From the NCBI GenBank assembly GCA_013239625.1, contig MU054323.1, positions 13,313,950 to 13,377,949 on the forward strand: a DNA stretch of 64,000 nt. Direction: 5' to 3'. Shown piece by piece: positions 23,095 to 37,012 of the stretch. The position numbers were made by a program, and so were the translations under genes. The stretch's first letter is position 1, and each line of letters starts with the position of its first letter. Source of the DNA: Lama guanicoe. Lineage: Eukaryota. The notes below the pieces were generated by a model. The model was not told the origin of the DNA. It did no database searches and saw nothing but the letters and a program-made list of their open reading frames with translations.

Positions 23095-26000
23095 GTAAGA
23101 CAAACCATAACACATCGTGTAGATATTGCATGAGAAAGCGGAAAGGAGATCGCTTTCTATTTAAACAGGCAAAGGCTCTGAGACACTGAGAGACCCACAT
23201 GATTTAAGGACTTAGACTGTGTTTGCACCAGGGTGACCCCTACTGAAGTCACAGCTCACGGGTGGCTGGCGTTTACAGACAGGATAACCTACCATTATGA
23301 TGGTGAAAATACTCACAGGTGATTCTACTCCTGGTACTGAATAAACGAGTCAGAATGTGTGGAAGGTGATGATTTTAGGAGCATGCAGGGGACCTAAAGG
23401 AAAATGGGGCAACCTCCCTGGTGTAACGCAAGGCTCTGCCAGTTTTGATTACGTTTCACATAGATCATCTCCATCGTTCTGTTTATAAAAATGTCTTGCT
23501 TGGTTTTTCTCTGTACCATTGTCAGCAGAGATTTTCCAGAGCTATTCCTCTAATATCCTGAGCTCTAAGCCAGTATATTTTCTTACCTAGCAGTATTTAT
23601 CATGTCCTAAAAGCTAATTAAGTTGTAAGATGTTATGATAACACTATTGGCTTCCTATTGGCAACCTCTGTAGGTTTGCAGGGGTACAGCATTGGTCATA
23701 CTTGTAAAATTTATATTCTTGATGAATTTTTATAGTTTGATAAATGTGGAGAAATTTCATCTAAAAGTAGTTGAGAAGTAAGCCGAGATTTCCATAATCA
23801 TAATTTTAATCCATCTCTTCTGGAATCTAGGTTATCCAAACCCAGCTATGTGTTAAAGAAGCAAGTGGTGAGAAGGTTCTGTTCTGGGCCCGTGATAGGA
23901 CCTAAATTCTTAGCTCTGAAAAATAGCGCAGCGGGAAGCGTCTGCTCTCCTTACTATATACCACAGTGGAAACAGGCTGAGAAACGGCAACCAGGTTCAT
24001 CTGAAACTAATTATTATATTGGGAGGAATAAACTGATCTTATAAAAAGCAGGAGATTGTTGAAATTGCTCTCCTGCTGAGCAGACAAAACACTGATGCCA
24101 GATTTGGCTTCAAGTGGAAGAGAGAGTGTGCAGGGTGGGGTTTAAGCAAACAGAGTTTGAGGGGTTTAGGAGCCATCAAAAGTGGGGAAATGGAGAAAAA
24201 CATCATAGAGAAGGTGGCCGTGAGAGGTTTACTCTGTGTTGCAGGGTCTGAGTTTTACACTGATTTTATATTTAGAGCTCTGAAACTAGCGCGCTTAGGA
24301 AAGACGCAGCGTGAACGATGCCTGCTGGAGGGGTCACAGCCTTGCACAGCACGTCTGAGTCACTGAAGAAACCAGTGTGCAGAGCGCATACTTCCCTGCA
24401 TTCTAGGAAGGTGCGGGTTTGCTTCTTCAGTTAGCTCTACAGAATGGGTAATGAGGGCTTCCTTCGGTGAAACATGGCCCAGGTTGCAACCTCCAGTGGC
24501 CGTGCTGTGCAAAAACCATGTTCAAACGAAGGGAAAGTCACCTCAGTCAAAGTGCTTATTGCAGAAAAACATACCGATATAAACAGATGCACATTTATTT
24601 TGTTTTTTTGTACTTGCTAATTTTTCTTTAATTCTGTATCTTTTACGGTGTGAATTTCTGCAACTCCAGAGTTACATAATCACTGTGATTTAGTTGCAGT
24701 TCTCATTTTGTTAGGCATTTACTTGGCGGAGACGTGAATTTTAAAATGTGTTTGTAGAGAACTCTTGGTGCTTCGTAAATTACTGTACTTGAGTATACTG
24801 TCTTTGACACTCGGTCCGTATTTTTTTTACTCTGGAAACTGGACAGTTTTACCAAAGTAATAAAATTGGTCATTTAGAATATCATGCTGATACATGGCAG
24901 CATAACTAGAAACCTCTCTAATTACTAAGCATGCTAATCTCTTTCTAGAATGAGCTTTGCTAGGCTTTCATTTTTTTATGGGCTTCATCCAGTATATTAA
25001 ACTGGTCCGGGTTTTCTTTTGTTGGGCTGAGTCTGAAGCTTGTGGCAGTGGCGGTGTGTCCCGATTCTACCCCTGGCTGTGGGGTAGGACGAAGCCAGCC
25101 CACGGGACCGGGAGTTAGCCGTGGAGCTGGTGTGCACAGGACTTGGGTTAACACTGACACGTGGCTGGCACTCCTACTTCATGCCCATCCACCAGTTTCC
25201 GAACTTCCAATTAAAGCAGCTGAAGCCACGTGGACGTGAGGGCTGGCAGACCTAGCTTGAAGCAGGGCTGAAGGGATCCTGCCCAGCAGAGGCGAAGAGG
25301 GCCCTTCCCTGATTCCCCATGGCTTGGCGAGTTGTCAGCATCTGTTCACAGTTATGGAACCACAAGGAAGGGGCATTCTCCGTCACCGTGAGCTGTCTCT
25401 AGTATCTAGTAGAATGGCCGAAGCTTTGGCAATGAAAACAGAACCATTGGCTCCTTTCTCTCCTTTCTATGTGGTGCTCTAGGGACACATACATGGAGGG
25501 GAAAGGAGAAACACCTTGTTTTTCCCACAGGAGAGAAAGAACAGTGTCATTTGAAGTTTGCACGGAGTGGGAAGTAAGTGGTGGGTGAGCAGCTATTGAT
25601 TTATTCATTCACTCAGCAGTTCCAGGGTGCCCGTCGTATGCCAGGCACTGTGTGCCTGAGCAGAACACACATCATTCTTGCCCATGTGGAGCCTACATCC
25701 CAGAAATGGCTGTGGGGGTAAATAAGTAAAGAGTACATATTGCCAAGTATGTGTTTGTATTTTAATAATATAACGTAGTTGCACTTCATGGATATAAGTA
25801 AGCACAGGATATACATGCAGTATATAATATGTAATGCACAGGTTCTTTTTTTCAAGTGTGGATGTCAGGAAAGTACAGGGAAGTGGGACCCTTTTGATTT
25901 ACTTCCACCTCTGTAAGTCCTTCCTTTATTCTCCTAACTGCGTCCGTCTCCTCCCAGTGCCTCCTTTGCACCCTCCAGCCAGAGCTTTTATCTTGGGTAG

Positions 26001-27069
26001 AAAAGCAAAGGAAGCTTTTGACTTTTTTTCACTCAGCTCATTGTTTTATATCCCCATTTATCTTGTCCATCTGTTTAAAAAAAGTCACAGTTCTTTGACT
26101 CATTTATTTTCCTCGTTTTTAAAATTCTGCAGTTTTAATTCATAGGAAAATTATCTCATCCCATTTATAGGCTGACTCAGGGTTTGGTTTTTTCATCATC
26201 AGCAGGATGTGGGAAGAAGAATAGGGAAACTTGTGACAGTGAGAAGCTGAAGTGTCACCATGTGCGTCCCTCCAGCCCCCGTGGAGAAACACCTCCTGGT
26301 CTCAGGCTTGGCCTCCCTCTGTTCACGGGCCTCTGGGCAGGCTGCTCTCGGCCAGCACGTGTGCCCTCCCAGCTGGGTGTCCAGGTCGACTGAGAGCTCG
26401 CATGACAACAAGTGGATTTGGGGACCTCACGTCTCTAGACCTCACTGAGCTTTCCAGCCTGATCACACGATGGAGTGGCCACACTGGTCTAGCAAGGACT
26501 TCAGAGGAGCTCTGCAGTGCAGAGGCTGGCTAGTCATGGCTAGTTAGGCCTCCAAACCCAGACCAAAGTCACTCCCTGAAGCCCTGTCCTTCAGAAAGCA
26601 TCCTCATTCATTTATCCACTTGACAAATATTTGCTAAGTGTGTGCTGTGCACCGGCCACTCTCCTGGGAACTGGACTATGTCAGTGAACAAAAAAAGATC
26701 CCCACCTTCTTGGAGGCAGTAAACTAATAAGTAAATTACATAATATGCTAGCCAGTGATAAGCCCTATAAAAAGAGCGGAGTGGTGGAGGTCTGAGGGCT
26801 GGAGCAGAGAGTGGAAGGTGGTACGGTACCGACGAGGGTGGCGGGGACTGGCCATTCTGCCTCTATAATGTGGGCTGATGGAAGTAAGACTACGAATTTT
26901 GTCTGAGTAACAAATGAAGCCGTATTAAGTGCTTTTCTTTTTCATACTGGTCACCCACTGGCTGAGCGATGATAGCCCATCCACAAATAGGAAGGCGTGA
27001 GATTGTCTACTGAAGGCTTTTTTCCACTTGCCAGCGTGAACTCTGCTGTCCAGACAGGGAACTGAAAAG

Positions 27070-27275
27070 AGCGCACTACCAAGAGCAAACCCTGCTGTGA
27101 GCTGTGGGCTTGGCTGACGGTGATGCGTCAGTGTCGGTTCATCAGGTGTCACAAATGTACCCCTCTGGGGGGGTGGTGTTGAGAGCTGGGGAGGCTGGGG
27201 GAAGATGTTGTGAAAAACCATGGGAGAATGCTAACTTCCTGTGAAATTTTACTGTCAACGTGAAACTGCTCTTTC
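27070..27275 (+). mobile_element. L1MC-type 3' end fragment
   Basis: ccaagagcaaaccctgctgtgagctgtgggctt...gtcagtgtcggttcatc...gtgaaactgctct. Confidence 0.7.
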
Positions 27276-29504
27276 AGGTCTGTTTATAAAGTCAGACATT
27301 CCTGGAATTTCCTATTTTTCATCAGGGAAAAAAATCAAAACCTTTAAGTTTAGTGCCACTGCCTACTGCTATGTTTTTCTCCCCTGAATGTTGTTGTTTA
27401 CTTCTCACTTTTCAAAATAATACCCAGACGGAGTGTGTGACCAGAAGGTTCTGCTCTCACATTCAAAACAATCCTCGTCTTAATTTAAAGACTGAGAACT
27501 ATAGGACTGGAAAGGGGCTTCTTATAACATCCAGCCTGAGCTCCGAACCCAGGGCATTCAGAGAACCATGTCCCGTTGGGCAGCTATGGAGGCTCTGATC
27601 CTACGACCTACGTGGACGTCTGCTATAAACCGCTTCCTGTTGACTCGTTCGTTTGGAAAGGAAAACACAACAGATGCGAGTAGTGAGGACGGCTAGCCTC
27701 TTGAAGTTTCCCGAGAACAGTGATATCGGAAAGATTAAAAAGAAGTTAGGTTCAAACTGTTAGGCCAATTTTGTGTTCGTCAGGAACCAGAAAATACAGT
27801 CCAGGCAGCCTTTGCCAAATCAAAGAAATAAAAATGAATGGAGGGCAAACGTGGCTGGTTTTGTTTTCAGACTTTTAGGTACATTTTCTCCGAACAGTGT
27901 AAAAAGAAAGTATAAAACCGTGGTTGACAACACTCCAAGGCAGTTGGTGGTTTTGTGGCATGGAGATAGAACTTTGTGTCTATCACTGAAGAGAAAATAT
28001 TTTTGAAAATGATTTAGCCAAGTAGGACATTGAAGTACCCTGACACAGTAATATATTACATCTGGCTGCTTGGCCCAAAGATTTTTAAGGTTTTTTTTTT
28101 TTGTAGTTTTAGGGTTGGAAACTGAAAAATCTGTTAAGAGAATACAACCAGAGGGTTTCTTTTCTAAAGGCAGGGAATTTGGCTTAACAATAGGATCCCT
28201 TCCCTCCCGTGTGTAAAAAGGGATCAGACAACATTCCAGGTAAGGAGAGGAAGTGGCCTCTCGCTGTAAAGGCTACTGTTCGTCACACTCACTCCTCCTG
28301 TGAACGTACTTTTGCAGAAGTGAATGAAAGGGATGTTTAAATCATTAGGGAGAGAGCTGCAGAAACCTTGCTGGAATAAGCTGCGTTTGGACCTGGAATA
28401 CATATTTTCCATGCATTGCTCAATTGTCTCCTGTATATCAGCATTTTTATAGAGAAATTCATAATGCTAGCAAAAAAATATAAGAGCTCTTCCTAAGCCT
28501 TTTATCACTGCTGACCTTTTAAAACTCCAGAGCTATGGAAAGTCATCTGTTCATAGAAGAAGTAAACACTTTCTTGCAGCTAAAAAACTGACATGAAAGT
28601 GCCAGCAAGCGAAGTCTGTGACTAGGCAGGCCGGCCCTCACACTTTTCACCGTGGCCCCCAGCTCACGTTGGGGGCACCCGGCTTCCCGCTTCTATTTTG
28701 ACGAGCCTTGTGATGTCATCAGCAACCCAGGTTCTTGACAGATCATGGAAGGTGGTTGTAAATAATATTTTTATACTTGAGACCTAAATTGTAATGCTTC
28801 ATGTATTGACTCCAGAATCGGGTTGGGGTATTTTGGCATCTTACTGACAGAAATGTTACGTGGTTGTCTTGGACTCCCAGTGTGAGTGCACTGCAGGTAC
28901 TTCATCTGTCTGACTTCATGACTTTATTACAACAACAGCAGTAACAGTAATTCATTCATTGAGTTCCTGTTAGGAGCCAGGCAGTATGCTATGTGCATTG
29001 GACCCATTTTCTCTTTTAATCTTCATGACAAGCCTATCGGGGGGTTAAGTATTCACTGGTGGACTTTTGGTTGCAATGAACAGCTTAAAATAAGGAAATG
29101 TATTACACTGACAAGTGCAGAGATTGTCACCTCTCATCCACTCTAGGTCTTTATTTAACGTCACTTTCTCCATGAGCCCTTTTCTCACCTTCACTCACCC
29201 CTGTCTTTCCTGTTCCCTCTCTAATCCTTTTTAACAACCTTATTTTACTTTTGTGTCTTTTTATTGTCCAGCTGCCCTGGTAGACTCTGAGGCTGATAAG
29301 ACAGGACTTTTCATCTGTTTGTTCACAGCTTTGTGCCATTGAGAGTATTACTAGGGCACAACAAATACTTGAAGGGATGAAGAGACAGTCTGTAACTCAT
29401 CCTGGTCTAACAGGAAACAGACATAATTGAGTGTGTTGTGCATTTCTGGGAAGCCTTTCCTATTTTTGGAGACTTAATTCTCTCAAGTACACCCTGCTCA
29501 GTTA

Positions 29505-29690
29505 CTGAGTACAGCAGTGGTTAAGTTAGGCTGTGGGGTCCAAGTTCTCAGGCACGGACTCTTACTCCAGCTCCTCACACTATGTGTACTTGAGTATGTT
29601 CCTGCAGCTCACGAGCCTCGGTTCCGCACTGTGTAATGAGGATAGAAAAATAATCCTTACGTGGAGTCGTTGTACTGTTAGTATTTGATC
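29505..29690 (+). mobile_element. MIR SINE
   Basis: cagcagtggttaag...gagcctcggttccgcactgtgtaatgagg. Confidence 0.55.
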
Positions 29691-32600
29691 ACTTCTTACA
29701 CTGGTACCCTGGTTACTGGCATTTGTTTCCTTAATGTATGGGCACCAAAAAGGAAGGTAGCCTTTAACATCTGGCCATTTTTATATGATCTTGTGCTTAG
29801 AAAACATACAACACACAGTTGTCTATTTGTGAATTAAACTGTCTGGTAGGTCTAAGTCCAGGTCTGGATATTAATGAATTGCTCTACTTTTTATACCTTT
29901 AAACCCCAAGTTTTATTAAAGTCATACAGAGTGCAGTACAGTAACTCATTTATACAGAAGTTGCTTTAATTCTTTTACCCTTTGTTTTCCCTAAGCGTTC
30001 CCTGTGACTGACTTTCCCTGTTCACGCCTGAAGCATTTCAAGTTTTAAGGTGTTTCATGCGTCAGTTGCCAATAAACCGATCGCTCACGCTAATGCTTGT
30101 TTGCATTTAAGCATTGATGTTATTTCTAGGGGTACACTTTCTCTCTTCTGTGGTTTCATAACTGATCTTTCTTGGCCTCCTATTTGAATATAGAAAGAGA
30201 AAAATTAGAATAGCGGGGAAAAAATGGGAAATTTTTGGCTGGTCTTATGTTGCCCATGGGGCCTAAGTGTCAAAAAGATGAATCTGGGGTTTGATGTGTT
30301 TGGCTTGTGCTTAGGGCTTGCTCCCAGTCCTCACTGGCCGCACCTCGGAGGGTAAGAAACACTATTCGTAAAGAGAAAATGTACAGCATGGCTCTGAAGT
30401 TAGAATAAGATATATCTATTTATCTTTTAGAAAACCTCAGGTGCAAAAATGTAAAACTATTAAATGAATGCGAAGATAATCCAAATGGTTATAAATAAAA
30501 AGGTTAAGACAAAATAGTGTATTTTAGAAACTTAACACAGCATTAAAAACACAAAATGTGTGTTCCACACGTCGTATCTGTTGCGAGTAATTGTGGTAGG
30601 AGAAGTATGCAGTTGAAGTTCAAGATATTTTCCATGAATAAAAAACTTGTCCTGAGTGGCATAGAATTTATTCACAATGGAGAATTTATTCAAATAACTC
30701 CATTGTTTTGTGATAGTCCATTATATGGCAGTAAATCAGGGTTATTCTTTAACCTTCAGGACTAGGGGCTTTTCTTTATGCTTTCTTTTAATTTTGAGGG
30801 ATGTTCTTTTTCTGTAGCGAATTCAAACTGCTCTCATGTAGTTTCCCAATTTTTATACAGTATTCTGTTGGTCCATTGTGGAAAGAAATAGGAAGGAAAT
30901 GGCTTTTTAAATTCAGAAATCATTTTGATTCTCTTTCTCTCGAAAGAAGTCAACAAGTTATGCTTTGGTGAAAAGAAAAGTGTTTGGTGTCTCATTAAAG
31001 AGTTACCACGTTTTCACCTTAACTCAGAATTTTTCCTTTAAATGTCGCAGATCCTCAGCTTTGGGTTTTCCCCTGTAATATCGAGGTTGTATCGTAATTG
31101 AGCAAACATCTGGCACTTGTAGTGGCTTGTCCACGCTGCACCCCTCAGCCCCACCCACGGCCCCCTTCTCTGAGGGGGAGGATCTGTACCCAGTGCAAAC
31201 TGCAGGCTTTCAAAGCTGTTTAATGACACCAATAGATGCCCTTCCCAGCAACAGAACCTGAGCTCTGTCGATGTGGAAAACTGAGACAGAGCACTTTCTC
31301 CATTTTCTCAGTCTTTCACTGAATGAGCTTGTTGATACCGCTTGAAATGTAAAAAGCCAAAATACTCTTCTTCAGTTTTTTTACAGCTGTTAATCTAAAA
31401 TGACTTCTTTTCATGAGCATTTCCCTCCTTGATCTTATTTGGAGTGCTAGAGATAATCATCTTCTGTTTTTTATTCCACTTCCTTGTTTTCAAAAGCCAA
31501 ATGGAAATGAGAACGCGGGACAAAATTTAAATACTTAGAAAATTCTTAGGACTTTTTTGGAGTCTTCAAAAAAATACAAAATGTAAAAACGTATTAATCT
31601 TATATTTTACCCTCTTGTAAAAGAACATTTACTGGCTGTGTTAGTTTTAAACTTAGGAAAGGGCATGTGGAGTGGGGAAGAGATGGGAACCAGGACCCCA
31701 CGTTCAGAGGTTCAGAGTGACTCAGGAGGGAGTGGTACCAGCGAGGGCCTGGGGAGCTGGATTGATCCAGACCTAGTGTCTCATTAATGCTGAACAATCA
31801 CATATGACCTCCCTTTTGAACATCAGATGTGTCTGTCTTCCATTTTTCCCTTATCTGTTTAATATTTGTAATTCCTAAAACCCCATATCCTAAAAACATT
31901 AGGATTCTAGTCTATTCTGAACATAGAACAATGCTGTTCTAATTCTAAGAAAATGGTTTAAAAATTCATTCCATAATAACTGTCCAGCACCTTCTTTAAG
32001 CCAAAAAATAGTGGCATAATCAGGACGGAGCATTCAAATGATTCCCTTGACTTGCAGCAAAATGTAGTTAAAATTTTCAGAAAAGATGTATTGCATTACA
32101 TAGGGTCTCTTTTTTTCGCCTGTATTCCTGCTTAAGAAGAAACAAAAGCAGAAAAATAACTGTACTTCATTTGCACATGGAGGAAATCAAGTCTCAAGAG
32201 TATTTGAATGGTTCACAATGGACAGATAGGTATCAGTGACCAGGATTACTACTACTGAGGGGAAAGAGAGACAGAATGAGCTTTTATTATGGTTAATACT
32301 GTCTTTAAGTAGAAAACACAGCAATGTAGATTTTTTTCCCCATAAACCTTTTAAATTGCTTTAAATATATAAAGAAAAGTGTGTAAATCCTAATGGTACA
32401 GATTGATAAACTTTGACCAAGTTAGCACACTTGGTATTGAGCCCTTTGAACCCTCCCTCAAGTTTCCTTCTGATTATTGCTCACCCTCCTCCCAATACCC
32501 ACACACAGCAGTAACCAGTATTTTGTCTTCATTACCATGGCTTTGTTTTGCCTGTTTTTGAACATTATATCAATGGAATCATGTAGTAGATACTCACTGT

Positions 32601-34457
32601 GTCTGGCTTATTTCATCCAACATTTTGCTTGTAAACTTCATCTATGTTATATGTAGTGATACTTCATCTTCACTGCTGTATAGTGTTTCACTGTCTGAAT
32701 ATACTACAATCATGTATCCATTCTACTGTTGATGGACATTTGGATTACATGTTTGGGGCTGTTGTAAATAACACCTTAGTGAGTAATCTTGAGCATGTCT
32801 TTTCATGGATGTAATCACTAATTTCTGTTGGGTATTACCTGAAAGTATAATTTATAGGTCACAGAACATATGTATGTCTCGGTTGCATAGACACAGCCAG
32901 TTTTCAGAGTGCCAGTATAGGCTGCCACCAGCTGAGCATGAGACTTTCAGTTCCACATTCTTGTCAACAATTGGTGTTGTCAGTCCTATTAAAGATTCAC
33001 CATGCTGAGTAGTGGTATCTCATCATGGTGTCAGTTTTCATTTCCCTTGTGAGGACTGATGTATAACAACTTCTCATACCATCATTGGCTCTTTCAGTAT
33101 TGTTTCATTTGTCTGCTTCTGTATAACCTCTTCAAAATGAGGTGCTCAGTACAACAATTCTTAATGAACCCAAGTTCTTAATTTTATTAAAGTCCACTGT
33201 TTTTGAGATGAGTATTTTTTGTGTCCATTATCTTTGAAAACCCTGAAGTCATTGATACCTTCTTGTATTTTCTTCTAAAAGCTTTATTGTTTTATATTTT
33301 ACATGTGGAATCTGTCATTGCCCTGAAATTGATTTTTGCATATGGTGCAGAATAGAGGTCAAGATTTACTCTTTTTTTTTTAAATGGATGTCCATTTGGA
33401 TCATCACCATTTGAGAAGAGCACCCTTTTCACACTGATCTGCAACAGTAACTCTATCATGAATCATGTGATCAAATATGTATGGGTCACTTTCTTTCTTC
33501 ATTCTATTCACAGGTTTATTTTTCTATCCTGGGATCAATAGCATACTTCTTAATTACACTAGCTTTATAATGAATTTTAATGTATGGTGTTATAAATTCT
33601 AAGTTGTTATACTTTGTTCTTAACTGAGATCATCAGGCCTATTATTGGCCCTTTGCATTTCTGTATAAGTTTTATCATCAGCTTATCAATTTTCACACAT
33701 GCAAAAAACTGTGCTCAGATTTTGACTGACGTTCCATTGACTCAATAGGTCAATTTGGGGAGATCTCATGTTTTTTAATATTGAGGCTTCCAATCCATAA
33801 ATATAACATATCCCTCAGTTTGTTTAGGTTTTCTTGCATTTATCTTGGTGTTTTTGTTGCAGTTTTGGTGTTTTTTTTTTAATGTGGAAAGCCTTGCACA
33901 TTTTTTAGCCTTATTCCTAGATTTTTAATATTCTTATACTATTGTGAATGGTATTTCAAGTGGTTTTTTTTTAACCCTTATAATTATTTGTTACTAGTGT
34001 ATACACCTGAAGTTTGATTTTTGTACGTTGACCTTGTTATCCATGACCTTTCTAAATTCACTTGTTATTTCTGGTAGTTTATCTGGACATTCTTTCGGAT
34101 TTTGTACATATACAATTATGTTGTAAAGTGTTAGTTTTACTTTCTTCCTTTCAGTAATTATACCTTCTCTTACCTTACACTTTCTAGGAGCTATACTACA
34201 TAGAAGTGGTGATAGCTAGCTTCCTCATCTCATTCCTGATCTCAGCAGGGAAGGCATCTAATATTTCTTTAACTGTGATGTTTGCTGTAGTTTTTTTTTT
34301 TAATTTGTACTCTTTATCAGATAAAGAAATTCTTTTCTATTTATGGTTTGTTAAGTCTCTATTATGAATGGTTTTGAATTATAACAGATGTTGTTTCTAT
34401 CCACTGAAATAATTTTTGTTTCTCCTTTATCCTGTTAGTGTGATTAATTACATGGAC

Positions 34458-34665
34458 TTTTTTTTTAAAACAAGATGAAAGTTTATTTCTCTGTTTGTAG
34501 CAGTTCAAGTACAAATAATCCAAGGATGAGAATGCAAGTCTACTGTCCTGGAGCCCAGACGATATCTGTCTTGTTCTGCTGTCCTTGACATGTGGTTTCT
34601 ATATATATCATGGCCCAGGATGATAGATAGCTCCAGTGTCCACCATCACATGCACATTCCAGCAG
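34458..34665 (-). mobile_element. MLT1-like (ERVL-MaLR) LTR fragment nested in the old L1
   Basis: aaacaagatgaaagtttatttctct...catcacatgcacattccagcag MLT1J-like phrases. Confidence 0.6.
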
Positions 34666-35898
34666 TACCATTGCATTCTTACAATAAACCTGGCAGTCCT
34701 GATGTAATGTCCTTCTAATATATCCCTGAAGTCAAGCTGCTAACATTTTGTTTAGAATATCTGCATCTGTGTTCTTGAGAGAGATTAGCCTTCAAATTTT
34801 CCTTCCGTTTAATGTCCTGATGTAGTTGTAGAGTTAAGGTGGTTCTGGTTTTCATAACATAAGTTGAAAGTATTCTCTCTTTTGGTTTTTCTGAAAAAGT
34901 ATGTAAAAGATTGTTGATACTTCTTCCTTAGATTCCTTGAAGAATTCACAGGTAAAAAATCATTTGTGCCTGGAATTTGGGGGTGGGAGGGCGGTGCAGG
35001 GGGTGTATTACGAAAGTTTTTAAACTGCAGTTAAGATTTCTTTAAAAGACTAAATAACATTGTTTTTTGACTTTTCATGTCAGTTTGGGTAATTTTTGTT
35101 TTTCAAGGAATTTATACATCTTAGGTAACATTTCCAGGGCATTGGCACAAAGTTGTTCATAATATCATCTTCTTATCTCTTAATGTCTGGAGAATGTGTA
35201 CTCATGCCTTCCAGTTTTCCATTTTAGTAATTTGTGCTGTCTCTGTTTTGCTCTTCATCAGTCTTCTAGGAGTATTGATCTTTGCAAAGAAACAACCTTC
35301 TTTTGTTGAGTTTTCTTCGTTTACTGTTACGTTCATTTCTGCCTTTACATTTTTTTCTTCTACTTTCTTAGGGTTTAATTTGTCTTTATTTCTAACTTTT
35401 TGAGCTAGATCCTTGGATCCTGGGTTTCAGCCTTTTCTAATATACATAGTTATGGCTATACATTTCTTTCTAAGAATGGTTTTACTGCATCCACAAGTTT
35501 TGATGTTTTTTGTTACTAAAGTGAAAATATTTCAAGCCCATCACTGCGTTTTCCTTTGGCTAATGAATATTTAGAGTTGTTTTGCTTAACATCTAGAAAT
35601 TCAGAGATTTTTAAGTATCTTTTTTGTTATTAATTTCTATCTCTGGTCAGAGAATATGCTTTCAGTGACTTCCATCCTTGAAATTAGTTGTGGCTCGGAA
35701 TATGGTCATTTTTGGTAAATATTCCTTGTGCGTTTGAAACCAATGTACATTATGAAGTTGGACCTACATATGTTAATTAGGGCCAGCTTATAAATTGTTC
35801 ACATCATCTATATCCCTACTATTTTTTGTCTGCTTACCACATCATTTACTGAGAGGGTATTTTATAGTCCCCATTATTATAGAGATTTAGCTGTTTCT

Positions 35899-36507
35899 TT
35901 TCTTTTTTAAAAAAAATTTTTATTGACAATGTGTCAATTTCTGGTGTACAGCACAATGCTTCAGTCATATAGGAACATACATATATTCATTTTCATATTC
36001 TTTTTAACTGTAAGTTACTACTATAGTTCCCTGTGCTATACAGTAGGAACTTGTTTATCTATTTTATATATAGTACTTAGTATCTGCAAATCTCAATCTC
36101 CCAATTTATTCCCCCCCATCCCCCCCCACTGGTAACCATAAGTTTGTTTTTTATGTCTGTAAGTCTGTTTCTGTTTTATAGAAAAGTTTGTCTTTTTTTG
36201 TTTTTAAGATTCCACATATAAGTGATATCATAAGGTATTTTTCTTTCTGTTTTTGGCTTACTTCNNNNNNNNNNNNNNNNNNNNNNNNNNNNNNNNNNNN
36301 NNNNNNNNNNNNNNNNNNNNNNNNNNNNNNNNNNNNNNNNNNNNNNNNNNNNNNNNNNNNNNNNNNNNNNNNNNNNNNNNNNNNNNNNNNNNNNNNNNNN
36401 NNNNNNNNNNNNNNNNNNNNNNNNNNNNNNNNNNNNNNNNNNNNNNNNNNNNNNNNNNNNNNNTTTTGAGTTAAGTTTCCCTCTGTATGTATGCCCAAGA
36501 GTGGAAT
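35899..36507 (-). mobile_element. Young L1 3' end with N-gap 36265-36463
   Basis: 17-bp TSD gagatttagctgtttct at 35882-35898 and 36508-36524; same family as 12136-12578. Confidence 0.92.
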
Positions 36508-36986
36508 GAGATTTAGCTGTTTCTAATTTTAGTTTACTGGATTTTGTTTTATATATTTTCTGACAGTGGAATTAAATAAAGAATTTTTGTATCTTCCTGG
36601 GGGATAAACCCTTTCATTCCGTTGAAATGTCACTATTTGTCTCCGTCATTGCATCTCACCTTTAAATCTACTTTGTCTTTTGTATAGCTACATATGCTTT
36701 GTTTCAGTTAGATTTTGCACAGTTTATCTTTTCCTATCTTTTCATGTTCTGATAGTGAACATTCTTTCTCTTGTAAAAAGGATATATTCATTTTTTTCTA
36801 TTCAGGTTGACACTCTGTCTTCTAACTTGAAGAATTTAGTTTGTATACGTTTAGTAGAATTATTGGTATTTGGGAGGTTCAAATCTGTATCTTACTTTGT
36901 TTTCCAATTGTCTTGTCTCCTTGGTCTTTTCCTCTCCTCCCCCTACCCAACTCTTTTGGAATATTATTATATCACTCCCCCACCCT

Positions 36987-37012
36987 ATATATATATGTGT
37001 GTGTGTGTGTGT
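36987..37012. repeat. (TA)n(TG)n compound microsatellite
   Basis: tatatatatatgtgtgtgtgtgtgtgt. Confidence 0.85.

Larger units (their letters stand above)
32340..36900 (-). mobile_element. Large ancient L1M (MC/MD/ME-type) fragment, antisense to LTBP1, with nested insertions
   Basis: T-rich L1 3' UTR/ORF2 antisense phrases (tatccattctactgttgatggacatttgg; ttggccctttgcatttctgtataagtttta); boundaries approximate. Confidence 0.8.
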
